Below the pieces are notes generated by a model, which was given only the letters and a program-made list of their open reading frames with translations, had not been told where the DNA came from and searched no databases. From Eledone cirrhosa (Eukaryota), in the NCBI GenBank assembly GCA_964016885.1, contig OZ024757.1, positions 29,388,001-29,452,000 on the forward strand: a stretch of DNA of 64,000 nucleotides. The letters run 5' to 3'. Shown here piece by piece: positions 1 through 13,324 of the stretch. The position numbers were made by a program, and so were the translations under genes. Each line of letters begins with the position of its first letter. Position 1 is the stretch's first letter.

Positions 1-164
1 GTGGTCTAGCCCCGGGTCTCCAGCTGGTTGGTTTTGCCCGTAAAATCTAACCAGCGATTCTTCCTTTGACATTCTAACCACATGCCCAATGTATCGGAGC
101 TGTGATCTTTCAATTCGCTGGAGTAATCCCTTTACCTGGAGTGACTGTCTGATCTCGGAGCAAC
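1..164 (-). mobile_element. RTE-clade LINE ORF C-terminal fragment (degenerate, runs off the window)
   Basis: The minus strand translates EIRQSLQVKGLLQRIERSQLRYIGHVVRMSKE, then after a frameshift ...KPTSWRPGARP. This matches the post-RT RTE motif QLRWxGHVxRM...RPRGRP. Confidence 0.8.
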
Positions 165-645
165 TATATATATGTGGTATGTGTGTGAGCGCGTTTATAC
201 GTATTTATGTGTGTATATTTCTATACGTTTATATAATTATATGTAAACACGCATACTCACGCACACATAAAAATATATATAAAACAATATATATATATGT
301 GTATTTGGTGTATACGTTCGTACGCGTGCGGGTACAGGCGTCGCGCGGGGGTCTGTATGTGCGTGCGTGTTTTTTTTTCTGTGTACGTGCTTGTTTTGGC
401 ATACTCATTGCGGGTGTTTTCGCATATGCTTGTGTATGTACGTATATGGTTGCGTGCATGTATATATTTAATTTCAATTACCTCTGTAATTTATTTACTT
501 TATTCTTAACTCTGAAGCCGGGAATCATTCGGTTTCCTAATAGAATTTTAGTCTACGACTTCATTTATACCATGAACGTGGTTTTGTCTTTGCGTGTAAT
601 TGTTTTCAACGCTCCATATTATGACGTATTATCTTTGTCTTTATC

Positions 646-735
646 GGGGTCGATAAAATACGGGGTCGATAAAATAAAGTACCAGTAATGCACTGGGTAA
701 TTGCTGGCCTTGTGCCTAAAGTAGAAACAATTATC
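646..735 (+). mobile_element. SINE family A, 3' fragment
   Basis: ggggtcgataaaataaagtaccagtaatgcactgg...ggccttgtgcctaaagtagaaacaatta, shared with more than 20 other copies. Confidence 0.8.
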
Positions 736-1021
736 TTTGTCTTTATCCGTTCTTTGCCAGGGAACGTTTCCACGAACCAAAGTATCGTCTTCCTGTCTTC
801 CTTCGGCTGCAACGTTTTTTGAAATATTTACTTCTGAGTTCACAGATTGATTTTTTTAGTTTCAGGAGATCCCGTTAAGGGTGAAAGCAGCGATTCTTTG
901 CTTAAACTTTAATCTGTTATTTTAATAAATATTTGCTCTACGGTTCTTATATATTTGATATATATTTATCCTTATCGAGCCATCTTTGGATTTTAGTCTT
1001 CAAATTTATTATTATTATTAC

Positions 1022-1059
<38 letters not shown>

Positions 1060-1750
1060 TATATACACACACACACACACATATATATACACACACATAT
1101 ATATATATATATATACATACATACATATAGCTCTTCTTTTCTCCTTTTTTCTGTCTTTTTCTCTTTTCCTACCAGGAGAAATCTAACTATAACTTATATG
1201 TATTGTTCTGTTGCGCCTCTTCATGTTTTGATTTAAAATTCCGTCAAGGTCAATTTTGGTTTTTATCCTTTCGTGAGATTAGAAAATTAAATTTGAGTTA
1301 AGTAATGCAGTCGAGTTAGACGGCCTATGCTTAAATTATGTTTATTGTGGTTTCTTTAGCTGTTACTGTCAATTACTTCCATTTTCTATGTCAGTAAATA
1401 TATCATCGAAGAATTGATCACTTATTGATTTTTATTCTATCTTGACGAGTATATAACCTAAGTTATGGTTGTTATTTAACCCAAAGTTCTCGTATATCAA
1501 TCAGACCCTGTGATCAAAGGCATACCAGTAATATATTGGATTATACCAGGGTGTATCAATATTGATTTGTAACTTAGATATAAGGACATCACATTTTTGA
1601 GACGATATGATAACTCCTAATTGTCTTAATGTAGATAAAGCAATAATCTATTTTATATCATATTAAAAATAGTACAAACACTAGATATAAACGTAGTATA
1701 ATAGAAATAAATATAATAAATTAACAAAAGCCATTAATATATATCAAATG

Positions 1751-1945
1751 ATTAGAAGGTGAACAACACAAAATATAACTACTCCATTACCAAAGGTTTC
1801 TGGATATCAGGCAATATTAATTTACGTCTGCATTGGTCATCAGACAGAGATGTTATGTGACATCTCTGACGTATATTAATATTGTCTGGGATCCAGTAAC
1901 CATTGATAATGGAGTATTTATGTTTTGTGTTGTTCACTTTCTAAT
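1751..1945. repeat. Foldback (inverted repeat, about 80-bp arms) containing a degenerate hammerhead motif on the minus strand
   Basis: attagaaggtgaacaacacaaaa... is mirrored by ...ttttgtgttgttcactttctaat. The minus strand at 1782-1849 reads ctctgt-CTGATGA...GAAACC-ttt-GGTA-atggag. Confidence 0.7.
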
Positions 1946-2149
1946 TAAATAGCTGTGATCTATACATAAAGCACTCTTTTTTCCTTTGCTTTTACTTTGG
2001 GATTACCTAACACGTATATCAAGTGATTATAAAATCGAATTACTAAAAAAAAAACCAGTTGTTACTAAAGTAGAAGAATGAACTAATGCAGATACTGGAG
2101 TAAGTGCAGCTATAGCTTCAGGCAACCATCTTTTAAACAGTTATTGACA

Positions 2150-2290
2150 AATACTTTATTTTATTGAACCCACTGAAATAAAAGACAAAGTTCAACTTTG
2201 TAGGATTCGAACTCAGGACGTTAAGAACTAAAACAAATATCCCAATTCCAGTTCATCCGACGGTCTAACAATCTGGTCAATCTAGCAGCT
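2150..2290 (-). mobile_element. SINE family A (diverged)
   Basis: Reverse-complement match: tactttattttattgaaccc...ggattcgaactcag. Confidence 0.65.
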
Positions 2291-2582
2291 TTGCACTTTG
2301 CAGTGAATAAATATTTACTGTGAGTTGTGAAAACAAATAAGAGCTGAAATACGATTTAAATGACTCAACGTTAAAATAAATATGGCCGACTTACATTGAT
2401 TTTGGTGCTCCTCACGGTTTTAGACAACGGATAGCATGGCTCCGAGGATTCAAACGAGTAAACACTGTTTTAAAATAAATATTTGGTGCATAAGAATGAA
2501 ATGTAATCAAATGAAATTAATTACGCAACAAATATTTAACAGTAAATGAAAAACAAGTAAAGTGTAATTGAATAAAAGAAAG

Positions 2583-2730
2583 ATGGCAGAGTCATTAGAA
2601 CATGGGATAGAATGCTTTGTGGTATTCGTTCCGGCTATCTGGTCTCTGAGTTCAAATACTGCCGAGGTCAACTTTGCCTTTCATGCTTTTGAGGTCGATA
2701 AAAAAAAGCCAATCTAGTACTAGGATCAAT
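2583..2730 (+). mobile_element. SINE family A
   Basis: tggcagagtcattaga (A-box-like) ... gagttcaaatac (B-box-like) ... gcctttcatgcttttgaggtcgataaaa. Confidence 0.75.
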
Positions 2731-2859
2731 TCTATTGTTTGTAGATCATCTTATTTTTGGAAAAGGCTGTGCTATCTAATGAATATTGATTCTAAAGGTA
2801 ATCAAATAAAGTGTGCATACATTTTTTGGGACACCCTCTATGTATGGGTTCGTGTGTGC

Positions 2860-2929
<70 letters not shown>

Positions 2930-2992
2930 ATATATATACATATATATACATGCATATTTATATATATATACATATATATATACATGCATATT

Positions 2993-3026
<34 letters not shown>

Positions 3027-3036
3027 CATGCATAAT

Positions 3037-3070
<34 letters not shown>

Positions 3071-3074
3071 TCAA

Positions 3075-3210
3075 AGCGGGTGTGGTAAGATACCAGGTTG
3101 ACCATAACGCAAAAGAGTACTCAATAATTAGGGCTGTAGATTAGGTAATAGGAGAAGTGTCAGGACACCAACAGTCGCAGCTCAGCCGTCGGGGTCCTGA
3201 CTCTTTTCCT
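3075..3210. mobile_element. Short (TA)n-associated family B fragment (related to 31590-31940, 39720-39860, 53175-53340)
   Basis: Shared gtgtggtaaga..ccag..gaccataacgc...gtactcaata and ctcagccgtcggggtcctgactcttttcct segments. Confidence 0.7.
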
Positions 3211-3222
3211 CTCTCTCTCTCT

Positions 3223-3274
<52 letters not shown>

Positions 3275-3306
3275 ATAAATGGAAACTATATTTATAAAAC
3301 CATAAT

Positions 3307-3372
3307 TATTTTATTATATATATTTCAAGGGCGATTAAGGTAAATTATGGTGCGCTTTCATCAGATAAAATA
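3307..3372 (-). ncRNA. Minimal type I hammerhead ribozyme (Penelope-like pLTR family C)
   Basis: Minus strand: TATTTTAT-CTGATGA-AAGCGCACC...CCCTT-GAAA-TATATATA-ATAAAATA. Stem I is a perfect 8 bp and stem III is short and palindromic. It sits in the 3273-3482 copy of the 33112-33540 element. Confidence 0.7.
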
Positions 3373-3481
3373 CATTTATTAATATATTGTATATTTACTC
3401 CACTAACTTGTTGAGTGCTTTATATCAGTTATAAAAATGTTTAAGCTTGTTGAATCCCAACAAATTAAATATAACCTCTGC

Positions 3482-3537
<56 letters not shown>

Positions 3538-4026
3538 AAAGTTCTCCAGTTCGGTGGTCTCAGCAATCTCATTGACAGTACGTGTTCACGAGGTTCTAGA
3601 AGGTTGAATTTATTGAATTAAAGGAGTCTGAATACTCTGTCGCATCTCGTCCATCATGGAGCTCCAATTATCCACTGCTGTCATCAACAACATGATAGAA
3701 TGAAAGCTAAGCTATATATCATTGTAGATCTCTTTAATGAAATGAGATGAAATACTGCCTGTAGTTATCGCGGTGGGGCCTCCGATATAATTTTATCTAT
3801 GTATGTTTGTATATACATATATATATATATATGTATGTATGAATGTATATATATATATATGTATATATGTATATATATGTATATATATATATATATGTAT
3901 ATATACGTGTATATATATATATATATATGTATATATACGTGTATATATATATATATATATATGTATATATACGTGTATATATATATATATATATATGTAT
4001 ATATACGTGTATATAGGTATATATGA

Positions 4027-4057
<31 letters not shown>

Positions 4058-4239
4058 CGTATATATATATATGTATATATATATATATGTATATATATGT
4101 ATATATATATATGTATATATATATATATGTATATATATATGTATGTATGTATATGTATATATACGTATATATATATATGTATATATATATATATGTATAT
4201 ATATGTATATATATATATATGTATGTATATATCTATATA

Positions 4240-4270
<31 letters not shown>

Positions 4271-4392
4271 TCATATATATATATATATGTAGATATAGGC
4301 ACATATATTTAAATTTGTGCTGACAAGCGGATATCTGAATATCAGGTTCACCCCAAAGGGCTTCTGGAAACTCTAACCATATAAACAGATCG

Positions 4393-4682
<290 letters not shown>

Positions 4683-5488
4683 GTATATGTGTATGTGTGT
4701 GCCTGTACATGTGCTTGAGTACGTGTCATTGTAAGTGTCACCGCTCTTTGTCTTGGAACATATAATTCTTAGTAAATCGCACAGGTACATAGAATCTTCT
4801 AGAATTCAGCAATTTGTTTCCAACAGGGATTTGGCAAAGTGATAAACCATACAGTACATATTTAACTCGAACCAATCTTGTATTGCCAAAAGCTATTCTG
4901 GAGTCTTGCCCGAAAAAAAAAACTTTCGAGGGATTTATATACACTTAATGTCTACGAACAGCGACTCTCAATTGATAGTTCTGACCTCCCACGCATTGGT
5001 TTCAGAGCCATATATATATATCAATATATATGTGTGTGTGTGTATATATATATATGAGTATGTATATATGTATATATATATATGAGTATGTATATATGTA
5101 TATATGTATATATATATATGTATATATACACACATATATATATATTTATATATGTTCAGTTTTCTAGTGAAAGGAACCCATTATTATTCGTCTACGACAA
5201 TATATTCCATTGTTAACAGAATCAACTATCAACCTCTCCCCTACACTACTAGAACAAATATTAATTTGGGAATCTGGGACTGTGCCTCAAAGCCGAGCAA
5301 CTATAATGAAATACTGAAAAATAGTTTCAGCACAGTTCACAGAACATTTCTGAAAAGGTGTTGCAACACAAACTGTTGTACTGTGCTACCCACAAGCGGC
5401 TGTGTAATAATTCTATATATGTATCCTTCCCGAGTAATCTTAGTAATTAAACTAAAAAAAAAAAGAAAAATAACACAAAACTGTTATA

Positions 5489-5681
5489 CAGTGAACTTCT
5501 GTTATAACGAAATTCGTGGGATTCCAAAAAAAAAAAAAATTCGTTGTAACGAAAAATTCTTTATAACTAGATCGAAGGATACAAATCGAGCGTTTATTTG
5601 TTATTACCCCGGGGATGGAAAAAATTTCGTTACACTGAAAAAATCGTTATAATGGTATTCGTTATGACGGAATTTTACCTG
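5489..5681. mobile_element. Tc1/pogo (Tigger-like) MITE
   Basis: TA|CAGTGAACTTCTGTTATAACGAA ... TTCGTTATGACGGAATTTTACCTG|TA: imperfect TIRs, TA flanks and internal cgttataac sub-repeats. Confidence 0.7.
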
Positions 5682-5749
5682 TATTCACTAAGTGTGTGTG
5701 GCACTTATTACACTACACAATATCACTATGTAACTAACATTACATTCTA

Positions 5750-5890
5750 GAGATCAAATCCCGCCGAGGTTAGCTCTGCCTTTCCTCCTTACGGTGTCGA
5801 TAAAATAAAGTACCAGAAATGCGCTAGGGTCGATTGAATCAACTTTCCCTTTCCCACAAAATTGTTGGCCTTGTGCCTAAATGAGAAACC
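5750..5890 (+). mobile_element. SINE family A
   Basis: aaatcccgccgaggttagctctgcctttc...gtcgataaaataaagtaccag...ggccttgtgcctaa. Confidence 0.8.
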
Positions 5891-5940
5891 AAAATTCCAG
5901 GTCTGGCCACCTGTAGATGGTTTAAGCAATGGAAAGAATA

Positions 5941-6020
5941 ATGGTTTCTGATTTAAGCGCAGGGCCAAAAATATTTTGGGGAAAAGGGAAAGTCGATTAA
6001 ATCAACCCCAGCGCATTACT
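5941..6020 (-). mobile_element. SINE family A, 3' fragment
   Basis: atggtttct...ttttggggaaaagggaaagtcgattaaatcaaccccagcgcattact is the reverse of the SINE tail. Confidence 0.7.
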
Positions 6021-6120
6021 GTGTTGTGTAACATTAGACTTTACAGTTGTAATACTAGGGATGGTAATGAAATAGTTTCTTAAATAGGTATAGAATGTCG
6101 GAATATGTTGCGGATAAATA

Positions 6121-6300
<180 letters not shown>

Positions 6301-7011
6301 TTATATATATATATATATGTATATATAATTGGACTTTTACTTTATTCTATCGATGCTGGAAGAACGAAAGTAACGTTAACTGTACTGGGATTTGAACAGA
6401 GATCGTGAAGATCTGGGAAGTTGGCCTGTGATATAATGACTTGCTATGATTAAAATATTGAGTACACACATTTCATTCACGACACTGCCATGATATTAAC
6501 ATTCATTGGCAACAACACTTACACAAGATAGGATACAATGGAGGATACAGCTGCCAATTGGCAGAATTTAATATACTACATAACCATAGAACATTTCTGT
6601 TGACTGTCATTGGCGCTGTTCGTATAATACTTCAGTAATAGTTTGAGGATAAAATATAGACATCTACTAGACTGATACACACAAGTCAAGTCATGATTTA
6701 ATCAAATTATGTTGAGATTCGAGATAGCTAAGTCACGATTCGCTGCAGGTGTAACATGAGTGCGAAAAGTTTGTCATGGGTTTTAACGACAAGTGTCATA
6801 AAATCACATATAAAGGTCACAATTCAACCTTATTAGATCCTGATTTGAACTAACTATGTCAGAATCTGCGCCCGTTGAAAGTTATACCCGAGATATTAAC
6901 CCAAATTCATAGTTCTAGACATAAATCTAACATCGATCGCTCATAGATTGGCCGAAAGGATCATTGCATATGGGTTTACTCAACTTTACACTAATAATTT
7001 GGTCACTACCC

Positions 7012-8310
7012 CATTGTAGCAATTTGGTCAAAGTCACACTGTAGCAATTTGGTCAAAGTCACACTGTAGCAATTTGGTCAAAGTCACACTGTAGCAATTT
7101 GGTCAAAGTCTCACTGTAGCAATTTGGTGAAAGTCACACTGTAGCAATTTGGTGAAAGTCACACTGTAGCAATTTGGTGAAAGTCACACTGTAGCAATTT
7201 GGTCAAAGTCTCACTGTAGCAATTTGGTCAACGTCACACTGTAGCAATTTGGTCAAAGTCTCACTGTAGCAATTTGGTCAAAGTCACACTGTAGCAATTT
7301 GGTCAACGTCACACTGTAGCAATTTGGTCAAAGTCTCACTGTAGCAATTTGGTGAAAGTCACACTGTAGCAATTTGGTGAAAGTCACACTGTAGCAATTT
7401 GGTGAAAGTCACACTGTAGCAATTTGGTCAAAGTCTCACTGTAGCAATTTGATCACTGGCCCATTGTAGGTAGCCATTTGGTGAAAGTCACACTGTAGCA
7501 ATTTGGTCAGAGTTACACTGTAGCAATTTGGTGAAAGTCACACTGTAGCAATTTGGTCAAAGTCTCAATGTAGCAATTTGATCACTGGCCCATTGTAGGT
7601 AGCCATTTGGTAAAAGTCACACTGTAGCAATTTGGTCAACGTCACACTGTAGCAATTTGGTCAAAGTCTCACTGTAGCAAGTTGGTCAAAGTCTCACTGT
7701 AGCAATTTGGTGAAAGTCACACTGTAGCAAATTGGTGAAAGTCACACTGTAGCAATTTGGTCAAAGTCTCACTGTAGCAATTTGATCACTGGCCCATTGT
7801 AGGTAGCCATTTGGTGAAAGTCACACTGTAGCAATTTGGTCAGAGTCACACTGTAGCAATTTGGTGAAAGTCACACTGTAGCAATTTGGTGAAAGTCACA
7901 CTGTAGCAATTTGGTGAAAGTCACACTGTAGCAATTTGGTCAAAGTCACACTGTAGCAATTTGATCACTGGCCCATTGTAGGTAGCCATTTGGTGAAAGT
8001 CACACTGTAGCAATTTGGTCAGAGTCACACTGTAGCAATTTGGTGAAAGTCACACTGTAGCAATTTGGTCAAAGTCTCAATGTAGCAATTTGATCACTGG
8101 CCCATTGTAGGTAGCCATTTGGTGAAAGTCACACTGTAGCAATTTGGTCAGAATCACACTGTAGCAATTTGGTCAACGTCACACTGTAGCAACTTGGTCT
8201 AAGTCACACTGTAGCAATTTGGTGAGAGTAACACAGTAGCAATTTGGTTAAAGTCAAACTGATGCAATTTAGTAAGAATCACACTGTTGCAATTTGGTCA
8301 ACGTCATAAT
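7012..8310. repeat. 25-bp minisatellite (CTGTAGCAATTTGGTCAAAGTCACA)n, about 50 units, with a recurring variant block
   Basis: Head-to-tail units with no spacers. The variant gatcactggcccattgtaggtagcca recurs at 7451, 7580, 7784, 7963 and 8092. Confidence 0.95.
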
Positions 8311-8403
8311 ACGTTATTTTGGCCTGGTCAACGTCAAACTACGCTAAGCTGGCCTGGCCTCGTCAACGCTCTACAGATCCTGCCAATTCAAAACCAGTAA
8401 AAT

Positions 8404-8802
8404 AATTGTTCCTAATTTTGGCATAATGCCAGCAATTACACCAGTGCATTACTGGTGCTTTATTTTATCGACCCCGTAAGTATCAAAGGAAAAGTTATCC
8501 CTGGCGGGATTGGACTCAGAATATAAAGGTCCATAATATGCTGCAAAGCGTGGTGTCTGACACACTACCGATACTGCCAAAACCATTAAAATAATGGTTT
8601 CTTATATAGGCACAAGGCCAGCAATTTTGGGGGAGAGGAAAGTCGATTAAATCAACCCCAGTGGGGGACTGGTGCTTTATTTTATCGACCTCGTAAGGAT
8701 GAACGGCAAAGTCATTCCCGGCAAGATTTCATTCAGAATATAAAAGGCCACAACTCTATGCTGCAAAGCATGGTGTCAGACCGTCTACCGACACTGCCAA
8801 AA
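8404..8802 (-). mobile_element. Two tandem SINE family A copies (8404-8585, 8593-8802)
   Basis: Each has ctggtgctttattttatcgacc...ctaccga(t/c)actgccaa, the reverse complement of the SINE body and head. Confidence 0.85.
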
Positions 8803-9311
8803 CCAGTAAAATAATATTTTTACATTAGTAGCACCAAGCTGCCCCGAGTAAAGCGATTCTTAAGACGAGAGGTCTTACATCTATTTTGATATTAGTCTGT
8901 ACTGAGATGAAGATCTCATCTCTACCTCTAAGACGTTCATAATTCAATAGCTTCTGAATTGCTATTGAATTCGCGTGTGGAACTGAAGGATAATCGATTT
9001 GTTATGAGTTCATAATAGATGACTACAGATCTAAATAGGATTATATATATATATATATATATATATACATACATATATATACATATGTAGATATATTTAT
9101 TATAGATATATACATGTATAGACATATATATACTTAATATATATATATATGTACACATAAATACATATATCATGCGCATATGGAGGTATAGACATATATA
9201 TTATACATATATATATACATACATTTATGTCTATATTCATATATATATATATATATATATGTATACATAATATACATATATATACATATATTATGCCTAT
9301 ATGCAGGTACA

Positions 9312-9362
<51 letters not shown>

Positions 9363-9473
9363 GTGTATATTGATATACATATATACATATATATGTGTAT
9401 GTATATACATAATATACATATATAAATACATACATATATAGACACATGTATTCATTTTCTACTAGCATTTTAA

Positions 9474-9615
9474 GGGGTCCGTCGAGCTGCGGATTATTGA
9501 GTCAGGTAAGATCAATACATATCGAACCTTGAGCTTATCAGTGGCGAAACGCGCGTCACCTACTAATAAATGTAATGAAGGAGTAACCAATCGTCCTTGT
9601 TATCTTTTCAATATA
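9474..9615 (+). mobile_element. Short family D (related copies at 17320-17445 + and 18470-18560 -) ending in a GCGAAACGCGCGTC hairpin and AATAAA
   Basis: Shared gagtc.gg..agatc.atac.atcgaa.cttgagct...acgcgtcacc..aataa..gtaatgaag...aatcgtcctt. Confidence 0.6.
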
Positions 9616-9853
9616 ATACACTCTGTATAGCTCTACACCTCATCACAGAAGAGAACCTAAACATTGAGTGCTCACCCGGGTGAACCTACAATAACTCCAA
9701 GTTACATTCGTGTAACTCCAAGTTACACGAATGTCTATATTTGTTAATATTTTGAATTAATATTAATAACTCCGGAAAACCAACTAGTGGAGTGCTTCTA
9801 ATCTATTATAAAACTTTATTCATTCATTTATTCATTGAACCTTGTTTAACCTT

Positions 9854-9893
<40 letters not shown>

Positions 9894-10402
9894 CTATATA
9901 TTTGCTAGCATAGGTATGCATCTGTATATATATGTTGGTAGATAGCACTAATTCTTTATATATATATATATATATATATATATTACCAAATGTTAATAAT
10001 TTTTCTCTCTGCACCGTGTATATCAATTATTTTCGGTTTCTGCACGCATTTGTTATATGCGCGTGTTTCTTCTATATTCTCCAAGCACTTATATAGTGAT
10101 CAAACACGCAAGATATGTCATATCCATACAGTTTCTTGCTATGCAGTACTTATGATCAATATGATAACTTTGTGAGCATTCACATATTTCAATTCCCTTC
10201 TTGTTACATTTATCTCTCTATAGTTTCAGTTCTGGATTCTTGCAATTTTCCAACAATTTCCGATTGTAGGCTTTTCTACAATTATGCAATCATATGACCT
10301 TTCTTTTTTTTATCAATCTATATTTATCTATTGCTATATATTCTCCGTATACTTGTAAATTTCCATTCCAAATTTCTGTATATCCTGAAATTCTTATAGA
10401 AC

Positions 10403-10600
10403 GGTGGATTGGCAAAATCGGTAGAGCGTCGGACACCGTGTTTTGCAGCATAGGGTTACTGCCCTTTGCGGTGCTAGTTCAAATCCCACCGAGGTTACAT
10501 TGACCCTTCACCCTTATGAGGTCGATAAAATAAAGTACCAATTATGCACTTGGGCTGATTTAATCGACTTTACCCCCCCCCCCCCCCCCAAATTACTGGA
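10403..10600 (+). mobile_element. SINE family A, near full length
   Basis: ggattggcaaaatcggtagagcgtcggac...gttcaaatcccaccgagg...gtcgataaaataaagtacc. Confidence 0.85.
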
Positions 10601-10964
10601 CTTCATGAACAACATCAACAACCGCAGGTTCTGAGTGGGTGTGTTTACGTGAATATGTTATTCTTGTGCACGAGTCTATGTGTATCTATGTGTGTGCGCG
10701 TGCACAATTATGTGCCCGAGTGAATGTGTGTATATATGCTTAAATGTATGTATACACACACACACACACATACATACATATATATATATACATATATACA
10801 TGTGTGTGTGTTTGTGTGTTCAAGAGTATGTATATAAATAAATGTATATATAAATATATATATAACTATATAAATATATATAAATATATATATAACTATA
10901 TATATAACTATATATATAACTATATATATAACTATATATATAACTATATATATAACTATATATA

Positions 10965-11011
<47 letters not shown>

Positions 11012-11311
11012 TAACACAAATACACGCACATGAATATATATATGTATATGTGTGTGTCTGTATTTATGTACTCTAGTATATGTGTGTGTAGCGGGGGGGG
11101 GGGGGGGGGGGGTTCTCTAATCTGTATTATCAACGAGACACATTAAATTGTATGGAATGCCTGTTAATCAGTATTTTAGGAAGAAACATATAATTACTAG
11201 TCTGTAATTATTGGCTTCCTACAAGTGGTATATTGTCAGTTCCAATATTACTAGTAAACTATGTAGAGATACAATTATTTAGCTATATATATATATATAT
11301 ACATACATACA

Positions 11312-11403
<92 letters not shown>

Positions 11404-11934
11404 TATACACATATATATGAATATATACATATATATATATATAAATATATGTAGCTATATATATATACATGTAGGTATATATATATATATATATATACAT
11501 GTAGGTATATGTATATATATATATATATATATCTACATATATATATATATACATATACCTACATATACAAACATATATATATATATACATATATATATAC
11601 CTACATATATATACCTACATATACAAACATATATATATAGAGAGAGACATATACCTACATATATATATACATATACGTACATATATATATACATATACCT
11701 ACATATATATATATACATATACCTACATATACATATATACATATACCTACATATATATAGAGAGAGAGACATATACCTACATATATATATACATATACGT
11801 ACATATATATATATACATATACGTACATATATATATATACATATACCTACATATACATATATACATATACCTACATATACATATACCTACATATATACAT
11901 ATACCGACATATATATATATAGGTATATATATAT

Positions 11935-12055
11935 TTCGTTTCTGAATTTGTTTAGCAAGATTCTTTATCTGAAATCGTGTGTTGAAACCGATAGTGTTAT
12001 ACTTTGGGACGGTTATGTTTCTTATTGGCAACATGACCCTCCCAAAGTATAACAA
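11935..12055. mobile_element. Short (TA)n-embedded family E with an internal hairpin (inverse copy at 17738-17823)
   Basis: gttatactttggga...tcccaaagtataac hairpin. The segments cgtttctgaattt and tttcttattggcaacatgaccctcccaaag are reverse-complemented at 17738-17823. Confidence 0.65.
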
Positions 12056-12337
12056 TATCGATATATATATATATATATATGCATGCATATAAGAATCACA
12101 CATATATACATATACACATACATGTCTATGTATATGCTCACACTCACACACATATTTATGTATATATTCACACAAACATAAACATATATAAATATTAACA
12201 CATACTCATATGCGGTTTTCTGTGCATATATATACATATATATATATGTATATATGTATATGTATGTGTGAGATAGTGTAAACCCATACTCTCACGACAC
12301 TCACACATACATATACATAACATTATATACATTAAAT

Positions 12338-12531
12338 GGCGGCGGATTGGCACTATCGGTAGAGGGTCGGACGCCATGCTTTGACGCAAAGAGTCACGGC
12401 CCTTTCCATTCTGAGTTCAAATCCCGCCGAGGTTAACTTTGCCTTTCATCCTTACGGGGGTCGATAATATAAAGTACCAGTAATACACTGGGATTAATTG
12501 CTGGCCTTGTGCCAAAAGTAGAAACAATTAT
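12338..12531 (+). mobile_element. SINE family A, full length (tRNA-derived head plus conserved central domain)
   Basis: ggcggcggattggcactatcggtagagggtcggacgcc...gagttcaaatcccgccgaggttaactttgcctttcatccttacgggggtcgataa... Confidence 0.9.
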
Positions 12532-12585
12532 ATACATAAAACAAAGATTCAATCAAATATACTCGTTGCAAATGATTTCACTTGA

Positions 12586-13040
12586 CATTTAACAACAACA
12601 ACAACAACAACAGCAACAATAACATCATCATCATCATTAACATCAACAGAAACATCACAATATCAACATCAACAACAACAGCAACAACAGCTACAACAGT
12701 ATCATCAACAACAACTATTACTACTATTACTATCACCAACACTACCACTACTACTACTACCGCCACCACCACCACTACTACTATTACTACTATTACCATT
12801 ACTCCCACCACCACTACCACTACTTGTACGACTATTTCTACTACTACTATTACCATTACTCCCACCACCACTACTCCTACCACTACTCCTACCACCACCA
12901 CCACTACTAATATTACCATTACTCCCACCACGACTACTACCACTACTCCTACCACCACCACTACTACTACTACTTGTACGACTATTTCTACTACTACTAT
13001 TACTAACTCAAAGACTACCAATACTACCACTACGTGTCAT
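12586..13040. repeat. Compound (AAC)/(ACT)/(ACC) triplet low-complexity tract
   Basis: Triplet runs with an internally duplicated block tacttgtacgactatttcta. Confidence 0.9.
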
Positions 13041-13324
13041 TAAAAAATTAGTCTTGAAAAAAAAAACATGAAATAAAATTTAAAGACAGCAACAACAACA
13101 ACAGAAATAATAAGGTGAATGAATGAAAACAACTGAAACGAAATCAGCACAGCAGCAGCAACGGCAGCAGCAACGACAGCACCACCACGACCACCAGCAG
13201 CAGCTAGATAATATGTTCTCCCTAGTTTTGTTCTTTAATTAAGATTAAGTTAACGACGAGTCCAGACATGTAGATAACAATATTGGGTTGTTTTCTTTTT
13301 TCTTTTATAGTTTTTTTAATGAAT

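Noticed and set aside
7012-8310. CRISPR-like array
   Set aside because: The 25-bp units are contiguous with no unique spacers, there are no cas genes, and the context is eukaryotic. It is a minisatellite.
9990-10040. Signal-peptide exon for the Ly6 gene (MLIIFLSAPCISIIFG)
   Set aside because: Weak donor (G|gtttct) and a poor signal peptide. No convincing phase-1 signal exon was found in 1-26194, so it may lie upstream of the window.
12578-13043. Mucin-like Thr-rich ORF and Val-rich antisense ORF
   Set aside because: Triplet microsatellite open on both strands, with no signal peptide, splice sites or non-repetitive domain.
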